Shown here one piece after another: positions 9,252 through 18,936 of a DNA stretch of 64,000 bases. The stretch spans positions 124,001 to 188,000 of the IMG/VR virus record IMGVR_UViG_3300020202_000001; one strand, written 5' to 3'. Below the pieces are notes generated by a model, which did no database searches, was not told the origin of the DNA, and saw nothing but the letters and a program-made list of their open reading frames with translations. Every line of letters begins with the position of its first letter. Within the stretch, counting starts at the first letter, position 1. A program made the position numbers and the translations under genes.

Positions 9252-9288
9252 GGACGCCCCGGGTTCGCAGCCCGGGGCGTCCGTGTTT
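9252..9288 (+). terminator. intrinsic terminator
   Basis: GGACGCCCCGGG-TTCGCAG-CCCGGGGCGTCC followed by GTGTTT. Confidence 0.7.
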
Positions 9289-9302
9289 CACGGAGGCGAG
9301 CG

Positions 9303-10172
9303 ATGAAGGCCAAGCTCAAGCCCGACGCACTGACGCGACACACGAAGAAGCTGAACCAGGGCCGCAACCCGGCCGCCGGCTACTCGCACGAGGAGTGGCA
9401 GTTCAAGCACGCGCTCGAACACCTGGGCGACAAGCTCTGGCCGGTCACGACGCGGATCGTCCGCGGCGTGCAGGACCACGCCTACCTCGTCGTCGGCGAG
9501 ATCCCCAACCGGCACGGCGGCAAGCTCAAGTCGCAGCTGATGGCGGTGCCGAACGACTACCTCGACTTCGAGGACGACGGCGTCGAGCACCCCTCGCCGG
9601 TGTCGAAGGACCACATGCAGTACCGCCTGTTCATCAAGGACGGGATGCAGACCGTGCAGGTGCTGACGTCGTGGACGGACGGGTTCTGCGCGTTCGTCCC
9701 GACGACCATGCAGCCGCCCGAGGAGATCGCCGGCGTCAGGACGTACGCCCCCGGCAACGGGACGCTGTCGTTCAGCCAGCAGGACGCGAGCGGCCGCACC
9801 CACGGCGACGTCACGGTCGAGCAGGCGAAGATGTACATGCAGCTGACGACGGCCGGGCGGGAGCTGCTCGCCCAGCACTGGCAGCTGTACGACCACATGG
9901 GCCACGCGACGCTGGTCAACCGCGTCGAGCGGGTGGGCGACAAGCGGCTGAAATGCTGGCTGTACGGCGAGCACGAGTACACTTACACGGGCGACGCCCA
10001 CGCCGGCTACCTGTGCGAGTTCGAGTACGAGTACAAGGGCGCGAAGCACCGGGTCGTGAACCAGAGCCTGCAGCTGGTCCTCCGGTACTTCATCGCGTTC
10101 GAGCACCTGCTGAAGGAGATGAAACGTGTCCTACCGGAAGGAACAGGGGAGGGGCCACACGGCCCAGGCTAA
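9303..10172 (+). CDS. hypothetical protein
   Basis: GGAGG RBS, typical codon usage. Confidence 0.75.
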   Translation: MKAKLKPDALTRHTKKLNQGRNPAAGYSHEEWQFKHALEHLGDKLWPVTTRIVRGVQDHAYLVVGEIPNRHGGKLKSQLMAVPNDYLDFEDDGVEHPSPVSKDHMQYRLFIKDGMQTVQVLTSWTDGFCAFVPTTMQPPEEIAGVRTYAPGNGTLSFSQQDASGRTHGDVTVEQAKMYMQLTTAGRELLAQHWQLYDHMGHATLVNRVERVGDKRLKCWLYGEHEYTYTGDAHAGYLCEFEYEYKGAKHRVVNQSLQLVLRYFIAFEHLLKEMKRVLPEGTGEGPHGPG

Positions 10173-10812
10173 CAACGACACGATCGACGACGCGTGGGCG
10201 ATCTACCGCAAGGGCGAGCGGCCCGACCGCCCGTGCGACGAGGACTGCGCGAGGCGGAAGGCCGGCTCGGACGCCGTCGCCTGCGACTGCTCGCGGGCAC
10301 AGGAGGAGGCGGACGACCTGGTGGGCGTGGTCGACACCGAGACGCTCGCCGACCGGTTCATCGCCGCGCTGGAGGCCAACGAGCCGCTGCTCGTGCGGAA
10401 CGAGGAGCTGGTGCGGGAGCTGGGCAACCTCGTGGGCGAGGTGCGGTCGATGGGGTGGACGGACCGCGAGACCGACATCGCCACGCAGCTCCTGCCGCGG
10501 GTCCTCGACGTGCTGAAGACCTTCTCCGGCGAGATCCAGATTATCACCCGCAACGACAACAACGGCGACGAGCCCGAGTTCCTGACCTTCGACAAGGAGA
10601 AGGCCAAGGCGAAGTACCTGGAACTCATCAAGGCCGAGGGCAAGCAGATCCCCGAGGGCCACCAGATCAACGAGGTCGTGACGACGCCGGCCGGCACGGT
10701 CGAGGGCCGGTACGCGGACGACATGGTCGTGCAGGTCGACGGCGTCTGGTACGGCAACACCGACGCCTACGGCGACACGATGATCCGGTGGTTCGCGGAC
10801 CGGCTCAGCTAG
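10126..10812 (+). CDS. hypothetical protein
   Basis: AAGGAG upstream of GTG; typical codon usage. Confidence 0.7.
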   Translation: MSYRKEQGRGHTAQANNDTIDDAWAIYRKGERPDRPCDEDCARRKAGSDAVACDCSRAQEEADDLVGVVDTETLADRFIAALEANEPLLVRNEELVRELGNLVGEVRSMGWTDRETDIATQLLPRVLDVLKTFSGEIQIITRNDNNGDEPEFLTFDKEKAKAKYLELIKAEGKQIPEGHQINEVVTTPAGTVEGRYADDMVVQVDGVWYGNTDAYGDTMIRWFADRLS

Positions 10813-12743
10813 AGCAGCTCCCGCATCACGTCCTTGTCCTCGGGGTGCATCGCGTTGAGGAGGTCGTACGGGACCGCCATCTTCGCGATCGCCGCCACGT
10901 TGGGCCACTTGTCCGTCATGTTCCACAACGCGCACGCCCCAACGTTCGTCGCCTGGGCGAAGTCGTCTCGCAGGTTCGGGTCGCGGATGATCGTGTACAC
11001 GTCCTTGCCGAGGCGGCTGTCGACCTTCTCGTCCACCAGGGCGAGGAAGTCGCGGATCAGGCCCTCGTCGTCGGCGTGGTGGTAGTCGTCCTGGAAGAAC
11101 CTGATCCACCCGTTCTTGATCTGGTTGCAGGTCAGCAGGAGCGAGCGGGTCTTGTCGACCTGGTAGTGCGACCGCGGCGAGTTCTTCGACCCGGGCTTGA
11201 ACTGCATGATCCGGCTCGTGGCCCCGACGCGGACGTAGGCGACGGGGAGCACGCGTTCGAGCGGGTAGCCGGCCTGGATGATGAACGTCTCGCGGAGCGA
11301 GCCGGCACCGGTGTAGTCGTGGGCGATGGCGTGGCACTTGAACTTGTACGCCAGCCCCACGGCGAGCTTGGCCTCCCGCTCGTGCTCGTGCGGGGTCAGC
11401 GAGCGGTAGGCGAAGATCACGTCGATCTTGCCGTCCACCCGCATGCCCATCACGGAGTAGACGGTGTAGCTCATCCCGTCCTGCCCGCCGCCGCCCCAGT
11501 CGCACGCCAGCACGCGGGCGACGTAGGCGGACGGGTCGAACGCCTCGACGGCCCGTGTCAGGTCGCGGGGCCACGGCAGCACGCACGCCCGCTCCAGGTC
11601 GGAGAGCGTGATGATGCGGGAGCCCGTGTCGGACGACTCGCCGAGCACCTCGTTGTAGTAGACGTGCTCGGGCGTGTTGCCTTGGCCCTCGCGCTTGCCG
11701 AGGAGCATCGACCACTTCTCACGCGACGCGTAGTGCATCGGCATGAGGATCTGGGGGACGTGGTAGCCGGCGAAGTCCCACCGCTTCTCCGGCCGGGCGT
11801 GCACCCACCGGCCGAACTGCGGGAAGACGCTCTTCGGCTGGTGGCACTTGCCGCACACGATCCCCGGCCGCTCGTAGCTGATGTCCTCGGAGTACGGCCC
11901 GATCATGTCGTCGAGGTCGTGCGTCCGGGCGGGCACGTTCCAGTGCCCGCACTTGAAGCACTTCATCACCCACTCGGCCTGGGAGCTGTCCTTCCACAGC
12001 TTCTGGATCGTGTTCTCAAGGGACTTTGGGGTGCCGGCGTACTCCTCGATCACGCCGTAGGGCGAGCCGGACATCGTCTCGCGGATGATCGGGATGTGGT
12101 CCTTGTCGAGGTCCTGCACCTCGTCGTAGGACACCTTGTTCGCCGAGATGCCGCGCGTCCGGTCGCAGTCCGTGAACGCGAAGCTGAAGATCATCTTCGA
12201 GCGGTTGTTGAACGTCCGCTGCAGCACCGAGTTCACGGTGTCGCTGCCGATGAACAACGCCTTCACGGGGCTGGTCTCGATGAACGGCCGGACGTAGTTC
12301 TGCGAGAACCGCCGGATCATCTCGTACAGCGGCGTGACGTACAGCGTCGAGAAGTACGGGATCGCGTTCGAGTGGACGATGCCGCGGGCCGCGAGGTTGG
12401 TGCTCTTGGCGACCTGGCGGCCGGTCTTGTACATGACCTTCCGCGGCATCCGCATGCGGTAGAAGGTCTCGAACGGGAAGTAGCCGGGCGACCGCTTGGC
12501 GTGCTTGCCCGGGCGGCGGTCGAGCGTGTACGGCTCGCCGTTCAGCGAGAGGAGGAGGGGGAGCAGGGCCTTGAAGCTGGCACCCTTGCCCTTGGCGAGG
12601 ATGTGCTGCGCTTCGAGCAGCCGCTTCGTGTCGTTGTCTTCAAAGCCCGAGAGGCGGACGCCTTCGAGGAGGCTCTTGTCGAACTGGGCTGTAACTTCGT
12701 CGGGATCGACGGTCCCGGCAGGAATCACAATGGAGGATGCCAT
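10809..12743 (-). CDS. terL: terminase large subunit (GpA-like ATPase plus RNase H-fold nuclease)
   Basis: Walker A KTGRQVAKST, Walker B SYDEVQD, GTPK coupling motif, EWVMKCFKCGHWN..CGKC zinc knuckle, YYNEVLG, nuclease LACDWGGG and C-terminal DDFAQA; start uncertain (12743-12815). Confidence 0.85.
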   Translation of the reverse strand: MASSIVIPAGTVDPDEVTAQFDKSLLEGVRLSGFEDNDTKRLLEAQHILAKGKGASFKALLPLLLSLNGEPYTLDRRPGKHAKRSPGYFPFETFYRMRMPRKVMYKTGRQVAKSTNLAARGIVHSNAIPYFSTLYVTPLYEMIRRFSQNYVRPFIETSPVKALFIGSDTVNSVLQRTFNNRSKMIFSFAFTDCDRTRGISANKVSYDEVQDLDKDHIPIIRETMSGSPYGVIEEYAGTPKSLENTIQKLWKDSSQAEWVMKCFKCGHWNVPARTHDLDDMIGPYSEDISYERPGIVCGKCHQPKSVFPQFGRWVHARPEKRWDFAGYHVPQILMPMHYASREKWSMLLGKREGQGNTPEHVYYNEVLGESSDTGSRIITLSDLERACVLPWPRDLTRAVEAFDPSAYVARVLACDWGGGGQDGMSYTVYSVMGMRVDGKIDVIFAYRSLTPHEHEREAKLAVGLAYKFKCHAIAHDYTGAGSLRETFIIQAGYPLERVLPVAYVRVGATSRIMQFKPGSKNSPRSHYQVDKTRSLLLTCNQIKNGWIRFFQDDYHHADDEGLIRDFLALVDEKVDSRLGKDVYTIIRDPNLRDDFAQATNVGACALWNMTDKWPNVAAIAKMAVPYDLLNAMHPEDKDVMRELL

Positions 12744-12757
12744 CCTTGGCTCACAAA

Positions 12758-12982
12758 ATGAGTTCACGTCGTGGCCGCGGGCTCCGCCCGCGCGCCGACC
12801 CGGACCAGGCCACACTGGACGAGGCCGAGCGCATGCTCGACGTCCTGGTGGATCAGTTCAAGCTGTTCCTCGCCTTCCTTGGGCGCGGGCTGCTTGAGCT
12901 GGTATGCTTGCCTTTCAAGCGGCCAGAGCCGCCAGTCGAGCAACCGCCACGGCGTAAGCCGCGAAAAACGAGGTCATCCTAA
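12758..12982 (+). CDS. small hypothetical protein
   Basis: Short ORF with hydrophobic core and basic tail; start uncertain (12737 or 12758). Confidence 0.4.
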   Translation: MSSRRGRGLRPRADPDQATLDEAERMLDVLVDQFKLFLAFLGRGLLELVCLPFKRPEPPVEQPPRRKPRKTRSS

Positions 12983-12998
12983 CAGGCGAGGGATACGC

Positions 12999-13250
12999 AT
13001 GCCAACCACGTCGCGAAGCGCGATCGAGTTCCTCCGCAGGCACGGGCTCCGACAGACGCCGCAGACCCCGCGGCCGATGTTCGACGCCGGTGCCCTGCTG
13101 ATCCACACGATCCCGCTCGACACGGACCAGCTCAACCCGGCCCTGCTGCTGGACGGGCTGGGCAGTCCGCCGCCGGACCGCGGCGTGACCGGGGCGTGGC
13201 CCCCGCCTCAGGAGGTAATCGAAGATGGGACGACAAGCGAGTCGCAGTAG
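12999..13250 (+). CDS. hypothetical protein
   Basis: GAGGGA RBS before ATG 12999. Confidence 0.55.
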   Translation: MPTTSRSAIEFLRRHGLRQTPQTPRPMFDAGALLIHTIPLDTDQLNPALLLDGLGSPPPDRGVTGAWPPPQEVIEDGTTSESQ

Positions 13251-13407
13251 TTCGCTTCTCGCAGTCCTGGGCATCCTGTGGGCGTGCGGCGTGCTCATCA
13301 CGCTGATCGGCGGGGTCTACATCCACTGGATCGTGATCCTCGCAGCCACCGTCGTCAACGTGAGGACGGCGGCCGCGATCGGCAGGCCGCCGAGCCGCCG
13401 CAGGTAG
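13225..13407 (+). CDS. small two-TM membrane protein
   Basis: AGGAGG RBS; two hydrophobic segments; basic C-terminus. Confidence 0.55.
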   Translation: MGRQASRSSSLLAVLGILWACGVLITLIGGVYIHWIVILAATVVNVRTAAAIGRPPSRRR

Positions 13408-13449
13408 CCCGGGTGCCGCGTCGCACCCATTCGTCAACCGGAGTCGCGC

Positions 13450-13863
13450 GTGTTCAACCTGATCGTAGCAGCCTTGGCCGTGTGGCAGGCAATCAACATC
13501 TGGCACCACTCCTCCCTCTTCAGCTCGAAGCGGGCGTACGTGGAGTGCTGGGACGACTGGCGGAAGGACTTGCTCCGCTGCCCGTTCTGTCTCAGCCCGT
13601 GGGTGGCCGTCGCTATGGTCCTGTGGCTGGGCCTCGTCGACCACCTGATCGTCCCCAGGCTGCCGGTGCTCGGGCTCGTGCTCGACGCCCCGATCCACGC
13701 CCTGGCCGTCTCCCGCGTTGCGAACGTGCTCCACGACCTGATGAAGAAGCTCGACCAGACGCCCAAAGCGAATAAGCTAGGCGTCCCGGTCACGGGCGAC
13801 CATCAGGCCGAAGAGCCGTCCGGGGCGGAGCAAGCAGACGCAGGGCCGCAACAGGCAGAGTGA
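13450..13863 (+). CDS. DUF1360-like membrane protein
   Basis: LLRCPFCLSPWVA motif between hydrophobic helices; GGAG RBS. Confidence 0.65.
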   Translation: MFNLIVAALAVWQAINIWHHSSLFSSKRAYVECWDDWRKDLLRCPFCLSPWVAVAMVLWLGLVDHLIVPRLPVLGLVLDAPIHALAVSRVANVLHDLMKKLDQTPKANKLGVPVTGDHQAEEPSGAEQADAGPQQAE

Positions 13864-13864
13864 A

Positions 13865-13884
13865 TCTCAAAACCGGTTTTTGAA
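13865..13884 (-). repeat. dispersed 20-bp quasi-palindrome, copy 2 (TCTCAAAACCGGTTTTTGAA, reverse orientation)
   Basis: Exact reverse complement of copy 1; abuts ATG 13885. Confidence 0.95.
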
Positions 13885-14748
13885 ATGAGCAGTGACGCAA
13901 CGAGAGGACCCCAACAGCCCCCGCAGGCACCGCCGGAGGAGCAGGCCCGAAACCTGCCCTTCTACCAGGCGGCGCTGAACGAGTTCAGGGCGACGGCCGC
14001 CAACGTGTTCGCATCTCACCCCGAGGTGCGTTCGGCGGTCGTCGTCCTGGACTACCGGGGAGGACTGAACGACGCGAAGATCGACAAGGCCATCTGGCTC
14101 GGAGATAACGGACCGGTGAACGAGCCGGCCGCGATGTTCGGCGGGATCTACAACATGCTCGGCGTGCTTGAGGTGATGTTCACCCGGGCGGCGCAGAACG
14201 AGCAGGCCATGGTGCAGCGGGCGCAGGCCCTCGGTGCCGAGATCGTGAAGAGGGAGCAGCGCCTTGCCGAAGTCAACAAAGCCGTCGCGGCTGCCGAGGC
14301 GTCCGCCCCCGGACCTATCGGACCCACGGGTCCGACCGGAGGACCCCGAGGAGAGCCAGAGCCCGAGCGGCCCTGGCCCGACCGCATCTGGTACAACGGC
14401 GGCCGCCGCGAAGTCACCGACTCCAAAGAAGCCCACGGGTTCGGCGACGTCTACGGCCAAGACGTCGGGGAGCACCAGCTCGCCAGCCTCGGGTACGTCC
14501 GGGAAGGGAGCCCCGGGGAAATCGACGGCTGGTGGTACCGCCAGCCCCGGCTCCCCGCCAAGCCCCAGCAGCAAGAGCGGGAAGCGGACGGCCGGTTCAC
14601 CGGGGACTTCGACCCCGGAGCCCCACCCGCAAGGCACCGGCGACTCCTCGACCACGAAGTCCGGCCGCCCGCCGGCGGGGTCGACGACCTCCTCGCCGAC
14701 GTCGGCGGGGGAGACGCTCCAGGCCCTGCTGGCAAGGCTGGGGATTGA
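13885..14748 (+). CDS. hypothetical protein; 3' half dual-coded with the RNase H N-terminus
   Basis: Typical codon usage, coiled-coil middle. Confidence 0.7.
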   Translation: MSSDATRGPQQPPQAPPEEQARNLPFYQAALNEFRATAANVFASHPEVRSAVVVLDYRGGLNDAKIDKAIWLGDNGPVNEPAAMFGGIYNMLGVLEVMFTRAAQNEQAMVQRAQALGAEIVKREQRLAEVNKAVAAAEASAPGPIGPTGPTGGPRGEPEPERPWPDRIWYNGGRREVTDSKEAHGFGDVYGQDVGEHQLASLGYVREGSPGEIDGWWYRQPRLPAKPQQQEREADGRFTGDFDPGAPPARHRRLLDHEVRPPAGGVDDLLADVGGGDAPGPAGKAGD

Positions 14749-15253
14749 GAAGTGGGACGCCGTCATCGTCGGTGACGGGTCCGGCAGCAAGTGGGGCAAC
14801 CCGCTCGGGTGGGCCGCCGTGCTGCTGCAGAAGAACTCGATGGAGCGCAAGGTCTTCCACGGGGCCATGAACGACGGCACCGTGAGCATGGCCGAGATCC
14901 TCGCCTACCTGGCCCCGCTGACGTGGTACGCCATGACGGTCGGGGACCGGCCGAAGATCTACAACGTCCACATCATCACCGACAGCCAGTACGTGCAGAG
15001 CACGGGCGAGGGCGGCAAGCTGAACATGCGGAAGCACAAGGTCCTCTGGACCGCCTTCGGCATGTTCAACCGCCTGGGCCTGCGGCTGCACTGGCACTGG
15101 CTGCCGGCGGAGCACAACGACAAGGTGAAGTCGGCGGGGCTGAACAAGTACGTCGACGAGCTAAGCCGGGCCGCACGGCTCGGGTACACGGCGGCCGCCC
15201 CGGAGAAGGCGGCGAAGGTGCCCGACCGGCACCTCCTCAACCCATGGGAATGA
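14264..15253 (+). CDS. rnhA: ribonuclease HI with long Ser/Thr/Gly/Pro/Lys N-terminal extension
   Basis: IVGDGSGS..GWAAV, TVSMAEILA, IITDSQYV, HWHW, NKYVDELSR = RNase H D-E-D-D motifs; TTG start with AGGGAG RBS (start uncertain). Confidence 0.8.
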   Translation: MPKSTKPSRLPRRPPPDLSDPRVRPEDPEESQSPSGPGPTASGTTAAAAKSPTPKKPTGSATSTAKTSGSTSSPASGTSGKGAPGKSTAGGTASPGSPPSPSSKSGKRTAGSPGTSTPEPHPQGTGDSSTTKSGRPPAGSTTSSPTSAGETLQALLARLGIEKWDAVIVGDGSGSKWGNPLGWAAVLLQKNSMERKVFHGAMNDGTVSMAEILAYLAPLTWYAMTVGDRPKIYNVHIITDSQYVQSTGEGGKLNMRKHKVLWTAFGMFNRLGLRLHWHWLPAEHNDKVKSAGLNKYVDELSRAARLGYTAAAPEKAAKVPDRHLLNPWE

Positions 15254-15723
15254 AGAAACCCCAAGCGCCGGAGCCGCTCAAGGCGGGCGACCTGCAAGTC
15301 TGGTGGGTCCCCCAGCCGCCGCACCCCGGCTTCACGTTCCGCGTGCCGGACGTGGCCACGGGCGCGGCCGTGCTCGACCGGCTCGCCAGCTACGACCTCG
15401 TCTGCCACCCCGAGGAGCGGTTCACGACCGTCGCGGAGCGGTTGGCGTTCGTCAAGCACATCCCCGACCAGCTCGTGCGGGAAGCCGTCGAGGCCTACGA
15501 GAAGTACCTCCAGTCCCGCGACATCCTCCAGGTCTCCGACAACGCCGGCGGCCTGCAGGTGTTCGAGAAGCCGGAGGGCGAGGACGGCGAGTTCATCGAC
15601 TGGTACGACGACGACACGAACGAGGACGTCGACCACTTCCTCCGCGAGAAGGGCTCGGCCGAGCCGATGACCGTGGAGCAGGCGACGGCGGCCCTCGCGG
15701 AATGGCGGAAGGACTTCGCCTGA
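15250..15723 (+). CDS. P22 gp17-like (superinfection exclusion family) protein
   Basis: LQVWWVPQPP..F..V..LASYDL...NAGGLQVFE...IDWYD pattern typical of this family; ATGA coupling. Confidence 0.6.
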   Translation: MKKPQAPEPLKAGDLQVWWVPQPPHPGFTFRVPDVATGAAVLDRLASYDLVCHPEERFTTVAERLAFVKHIPDQLVREAVEAYEKYLQSRDILQVSDNAGGLQVFEKPEGEDGEFIDWYDDDTNEDVDHFLREKGSAEPMTVEQATAALAEWRKDFA

Positions 15724-16238
15724 TGCGACTGTTCTGCGGAACGTCGGACAGCAACAGCTACTGCGACTACGCCCTGGTGGAGGTCACGCCGGAGCAAGCA
15801 CGCAAGCTGATTGACACGTACAAGCCGCTCTACGAGCACGTCAACAACGTCGACTCCACGCTCTACCGCCTGGAGTTCTTCGACGGCACGCCCACCTGGG
15901 CGAACGCCACGAACGCCGCCGTCTACGGTGTCGACTTCGACAACACGGAGTGGTACGCCGCCGGCGAGGGCGTCACGGCGGGGCACAACGACGCCGACCG
16001 CGACCCCCGCACGGCCGCGTCCTGCATGTCCGTCACGAACGACGGCATCCTCTGGTCCGCCAGCCCCAAGAACTCGGACGGGCACTTCGAGACGCCCGAG
16101 CTGAGCTGGGAGGACCTGGAGAAGATCGCCGCCGGCGAGAACCCGTTCAAGACGATCGAGGTCGACCCGGAGCCGATGGAGGACGACGGCCCGATCGACC
16201 CCGACGACGACGACGAAGACGAAGACGACGGGGAGTAG
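15723..16238 (+). CDS. hypothetical protein with acidic tail
   Basis: TGATG coupling, typical codon usage. Confidence 0.7.
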   Translation: MRLFCGTSDSNSYCDYALVEVTPEQARKLIDTYKPLYEHVNNVDSTLYRLEFFDGTPTWANATNAAVYGVDFDNTEWYAAGEGVTAGHNDADRDPRTAASCMSVTNDGILWSASPKNSDGHFETPELSWEDLEKIAAGENPFKTIEVDPEPMEDDGPIDPDDDDEDEDDGE

Positions 16239-16263
16239 CCCGTCGCGTCAGCAGCAACCACAC

Positions 16264-16290
16264 AGCCCGGCCGCGTGGCCGGGCTCTCTC
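16264..16290 (+). terminator. hairpin, possible terminator
   Basis: AGCCCGGCC-GCGT-GGCCGGGCT followed by CTCTC. Confidence 0.5.
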
Positions 16291-16317
16291 ACGTCCGAAC
16301 GAAAGAAGGATCTCACT

Positions 16318-17127
16318 ATGGCTTCCAAGAAGAACAACACCGTCCGCAACGCCGCCGCCGCCACCGTCGCCGCCAGCACCGCCCTGGTCCAGGCCCACCC
16401 GGTCCAGCCGCTGCCGATGGTGAACATGCCCCAGCCGCAGATGATGCTCGACCTGACGATCAAGACCGACGACGTGGTCGACATCATGGTCAGCGAGCAG
16501 CGCGAGGCGCTCTCGATGCAGGCCGAGCAGATCGAGAAGGACCTGCAGGAGGCCTTCAAGGCCCACGGCAAGGCGGAGAAGCAGCTGACCGCGCTGGCGG
16601 AGCGGCTGATCGACGAGCAGAGCGCGGACACCGCCACGAAGGAGCTGGTCGCCCGGATGGACGACTTCTCGGGCACCAAGCACGGGATCAAGATCGTCCG
16701 CGTGGACGCCCCGGAGAGCCGCTACCACTACGACAAGAAGGAGGACGACACCCCCGAGGTCAACATCGCCAAGCTGAAGATCGTCGGGGAGATCCGCATC
16801 ACCACGAAGGACAAGGAGGTCGTCCTCAAGCGCCGGTTCGAGCTGCCGTTCTCGGACCAGATGAAGGAGGTCGTGGCCGACATCGAGCGGAAGGCCGCCG
16901 AGGCCGCCCGGATCGAGGAGACGCTCCGCGACGTGCGGAAGAAGATGGCCGACGCCATCAACCCGAACGGCCTGCGGATGCGCACGAAGAGCACGCTCGT
17001 GAAGGCGTACCTGCAGGGCGGCATCACCAACACCGGCGACATGCTCAACACCGTGATGAGCACGCCGGTGAAGGCCCTGCCGTCGAGCATCACCAACGCG
17101 AAGACCACCGTGGTCGGCGACGACTGA
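16318..17127 (+). CDS. hypothetical coiled-coil protein
   Basis: AAGGA RBS; strongly biased codons. Confidence 0.8.
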   Translation: MASKKNNTVRNAAAATVAASTALVQAHPVQPLPMVNMPQPQMMLDLTIKTDDVVDIMVSEQREALSMQAEQIEKDLQEAFKAHGKAEKQLTALAERLIDEQSADTATKELVARMDDFSGTKHGIKIVRVDAPESRYHYDKKEDDTPEVNIAKLKIVGEIRITTKDKEVVLKRRFELPFSDQMKEVVADIERKAAEAARIEETLRDVRKKMADAINPNGLRMRTKSTLVKAYLQGGITNTGDMLNTVMSTPVKALPSSITNAKTTVVGDD

Positions 17128-17171
17128 TCGGCGGCCGGCGTGAGGCGGCGTAGCAACCCGGTGCGTTCAAC

Positions 17172-18794
17172 ATGAAGATCGTGCACTCCGAACGCACCGC
17201 CATCGGCCGGCAGAGGAAGGAGGTCGCCTCTTCGTTGAAGACGAAGAAGGCGGCCTCCTCCTCGCCGGACCTGGCGGGTGCAATCCTGTTCCCGCGACTG
17301 TCCTCCGACGAGCGAGACGTGTACGCGCTCTGCTCGGTGGACCACATCGACCGGCTGCTGAAAGACCCCGAGAGCTGCGTCCTCGGCGACAGCGTCGAGG
17401 AGATCGAGGCCCAGATCGCCGCGAAGCACCCGTGCTCGCGGGCCGACGCGACGTTCATCATCCCCTGCGCAGACATCAGCGTCACGTACCGGCACGAGAT
17501 GACGGACGAGGAGCAGCAGGCGTACAAGAAGCTGCACGGCGTGGCGCGGGCCGGCGGGATCGACACCCGCAGCCAGAAGGTCACGAAGGGGTGGATCGTC
17601 ACCGACCGGGCCTACATGGCCAAGCCGCAGGACGCGAACCACCTGAAGGTCGCCACAATCGAGCTTGGCCCGGTCCTCGTCGACGACGAGCGGTTCAAGG
17701 AGATCTTCGGCGACCCGACCGACCGGTACGGCAACTACGACATCGACGCGGTCGGCGTGCGGTGTGCGAACGAGGCCGGGTTCTCGGTCGCGTACCGCCA
17801 GATCTACGGCGACGACTACGTCCAGGTGAACTACAACCCGAACGTGTCCCGCCAGCGCGAGTACCGCCGCAAGCGGAAGGAGGTGTCGGACCGGTTCGAG
17901 ACGGAGTTCAGCCCGAAGATGACGTACAGCGCGTACGCCATCCTCCACCCGGGGCACTGGCCCGGCCGCTCGATCGGCCACGCCCACCTGCGGGGCCGCG
18001 AGATGTACGAGTCCCGGGGCTGGGGCAACAAGCGACGCAACAGCTTCGACGAGCGGGAGGTCATGGACCTCCTCGCCCTCGGCCGGCGGATGAACCCGAC
18101 CGACCGGTACTGGTACCGCAGCGCCCGCGCCTACGACTCGTACTTCGACTGCATCAAGGACCTGTGCGAGGCGGCGTTCCCCCGCATCCACAGCGTCGAG
18201 AAGCGCATCCGCAAGCAGCGGGCGAAGATGGAGGAGGAGATCCGCGAGGAGTACCGTGAGCACCAGGAACGGTGCCAGCGGTACCTCGACCACACCCGCG
18301 AGTTCCACGCCCTGATCCGGCTCGAAGGCGAGGGCGGGATCGTGGTCGAGGACGAGCTGGTGATGAAGGGCGAGTACCAGTACGACTACGAGGAGAAGCG
18401 GAACCGCTACGTCGAGCGGCTGCGGCCCGAGTGGCGGTGGCCCGAGCACCTGGAGAAATACTACGACCGGATCTCCGAGCGCGACCACGAGCCCCCGGTG
18501 CGGTACGACCACACCGAGGACGAGCACGTCGCCAAGGAGTTCCCCACGCGGTGGGGCGAGAGCATGGCCGCACAGGAGGAGGCCTTCTGCCGCTGGCTGC
18601 GGCGGGAGGGCAAGGAGGCCGGGGTCAAGCTCCCGAAGCCGCCGGTCATGCCCAAGCCGCCGAAGAAGGTGGTCCGAAAGAAGAAGGTGAAGCGTGGCAG
18701 GAAAGGCCGCCGCCGCAAGCAACTCCGACACCTGTGTGGTGTTGGTGCGGATTTCGTACGACAGATCACGCGTCAAGCCCGCAAAGCTGGTTGA
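17172..18794 (+). CDS. hypothetical protein with basic C-terminus
   Basis: 540-aa ORF with typical codon usage. Confidence 0.75.
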   Translation: MKIVHSERTAIGRQRKEVASSLKTKKAASSSPDLAGAILFPRLSSDERDVYALCSVDHIDRLLKDPESCVLGDSVEEIEAQIAAKHPCSRADATFIIPCADISVTYRHEMTDEEQQAYKKLHGVARAGGIDTRSQKVTKGWIVTDRAYMAKPQDANHLKVATIELGPVLVDDERFKEIFGDPTDRYGNYDIDAVGVRCANEAGFSVAYRQIYGDDYVQVNYNPNVSRQREYRRKRKEVSDRFETEFSPKMTYSAYAILHPGHWPGRSIGHAHLRGREMYESRGWGNKRRNSFDEREVMDLLALGRRMNPTDRYWYRSARAYDSYFDCIKDLCEAAFPRIHSVEKRIRKQRAKMEEEIREEYREHQERCQRYLDHTREFHALIRLEGEGGIVVEDELVMKGEYQYDYEEKRNRYVERLRPEWRWPEHLEKYYDRISERDHEPPVRYDHTEDEHVAKEFPTRWGESMAAQEEAFCRWLRREGKEAGVKLPKPPVMPKPPKKVVRKKKVKRGRKGRRRKQLRHLCGVGADFVRQITRQARKAG

Positions 18795-18936
18795 GGACGT
18801 CCAGAGCACCCTGAAGGCCAGCATGGAGTCGGGGTTCTCGGACGTCCTCGGCGGCGCGGTCATCGACGTGGACGGCATCAAGGAGCTGAGGCTCCCGCCG
18901 GCACTCCGGCGAGGAGGTGGCCGTGACGCAGAGTAA
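18694..18936 (+). CDS. small hypothetical protein overlapping the previous gene by 101 nt
   Basis: AAGGTG upstream of GTG; typical codon usage in 3' half. Confidence 0.55.
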   Translation: MAGKAAAASNSDTCVVLVRISYDRSRVKPAKLVEDVQSTLKASMESGFSDVLGGAVIDVDGIKELRLPPALRRGGGRDAE

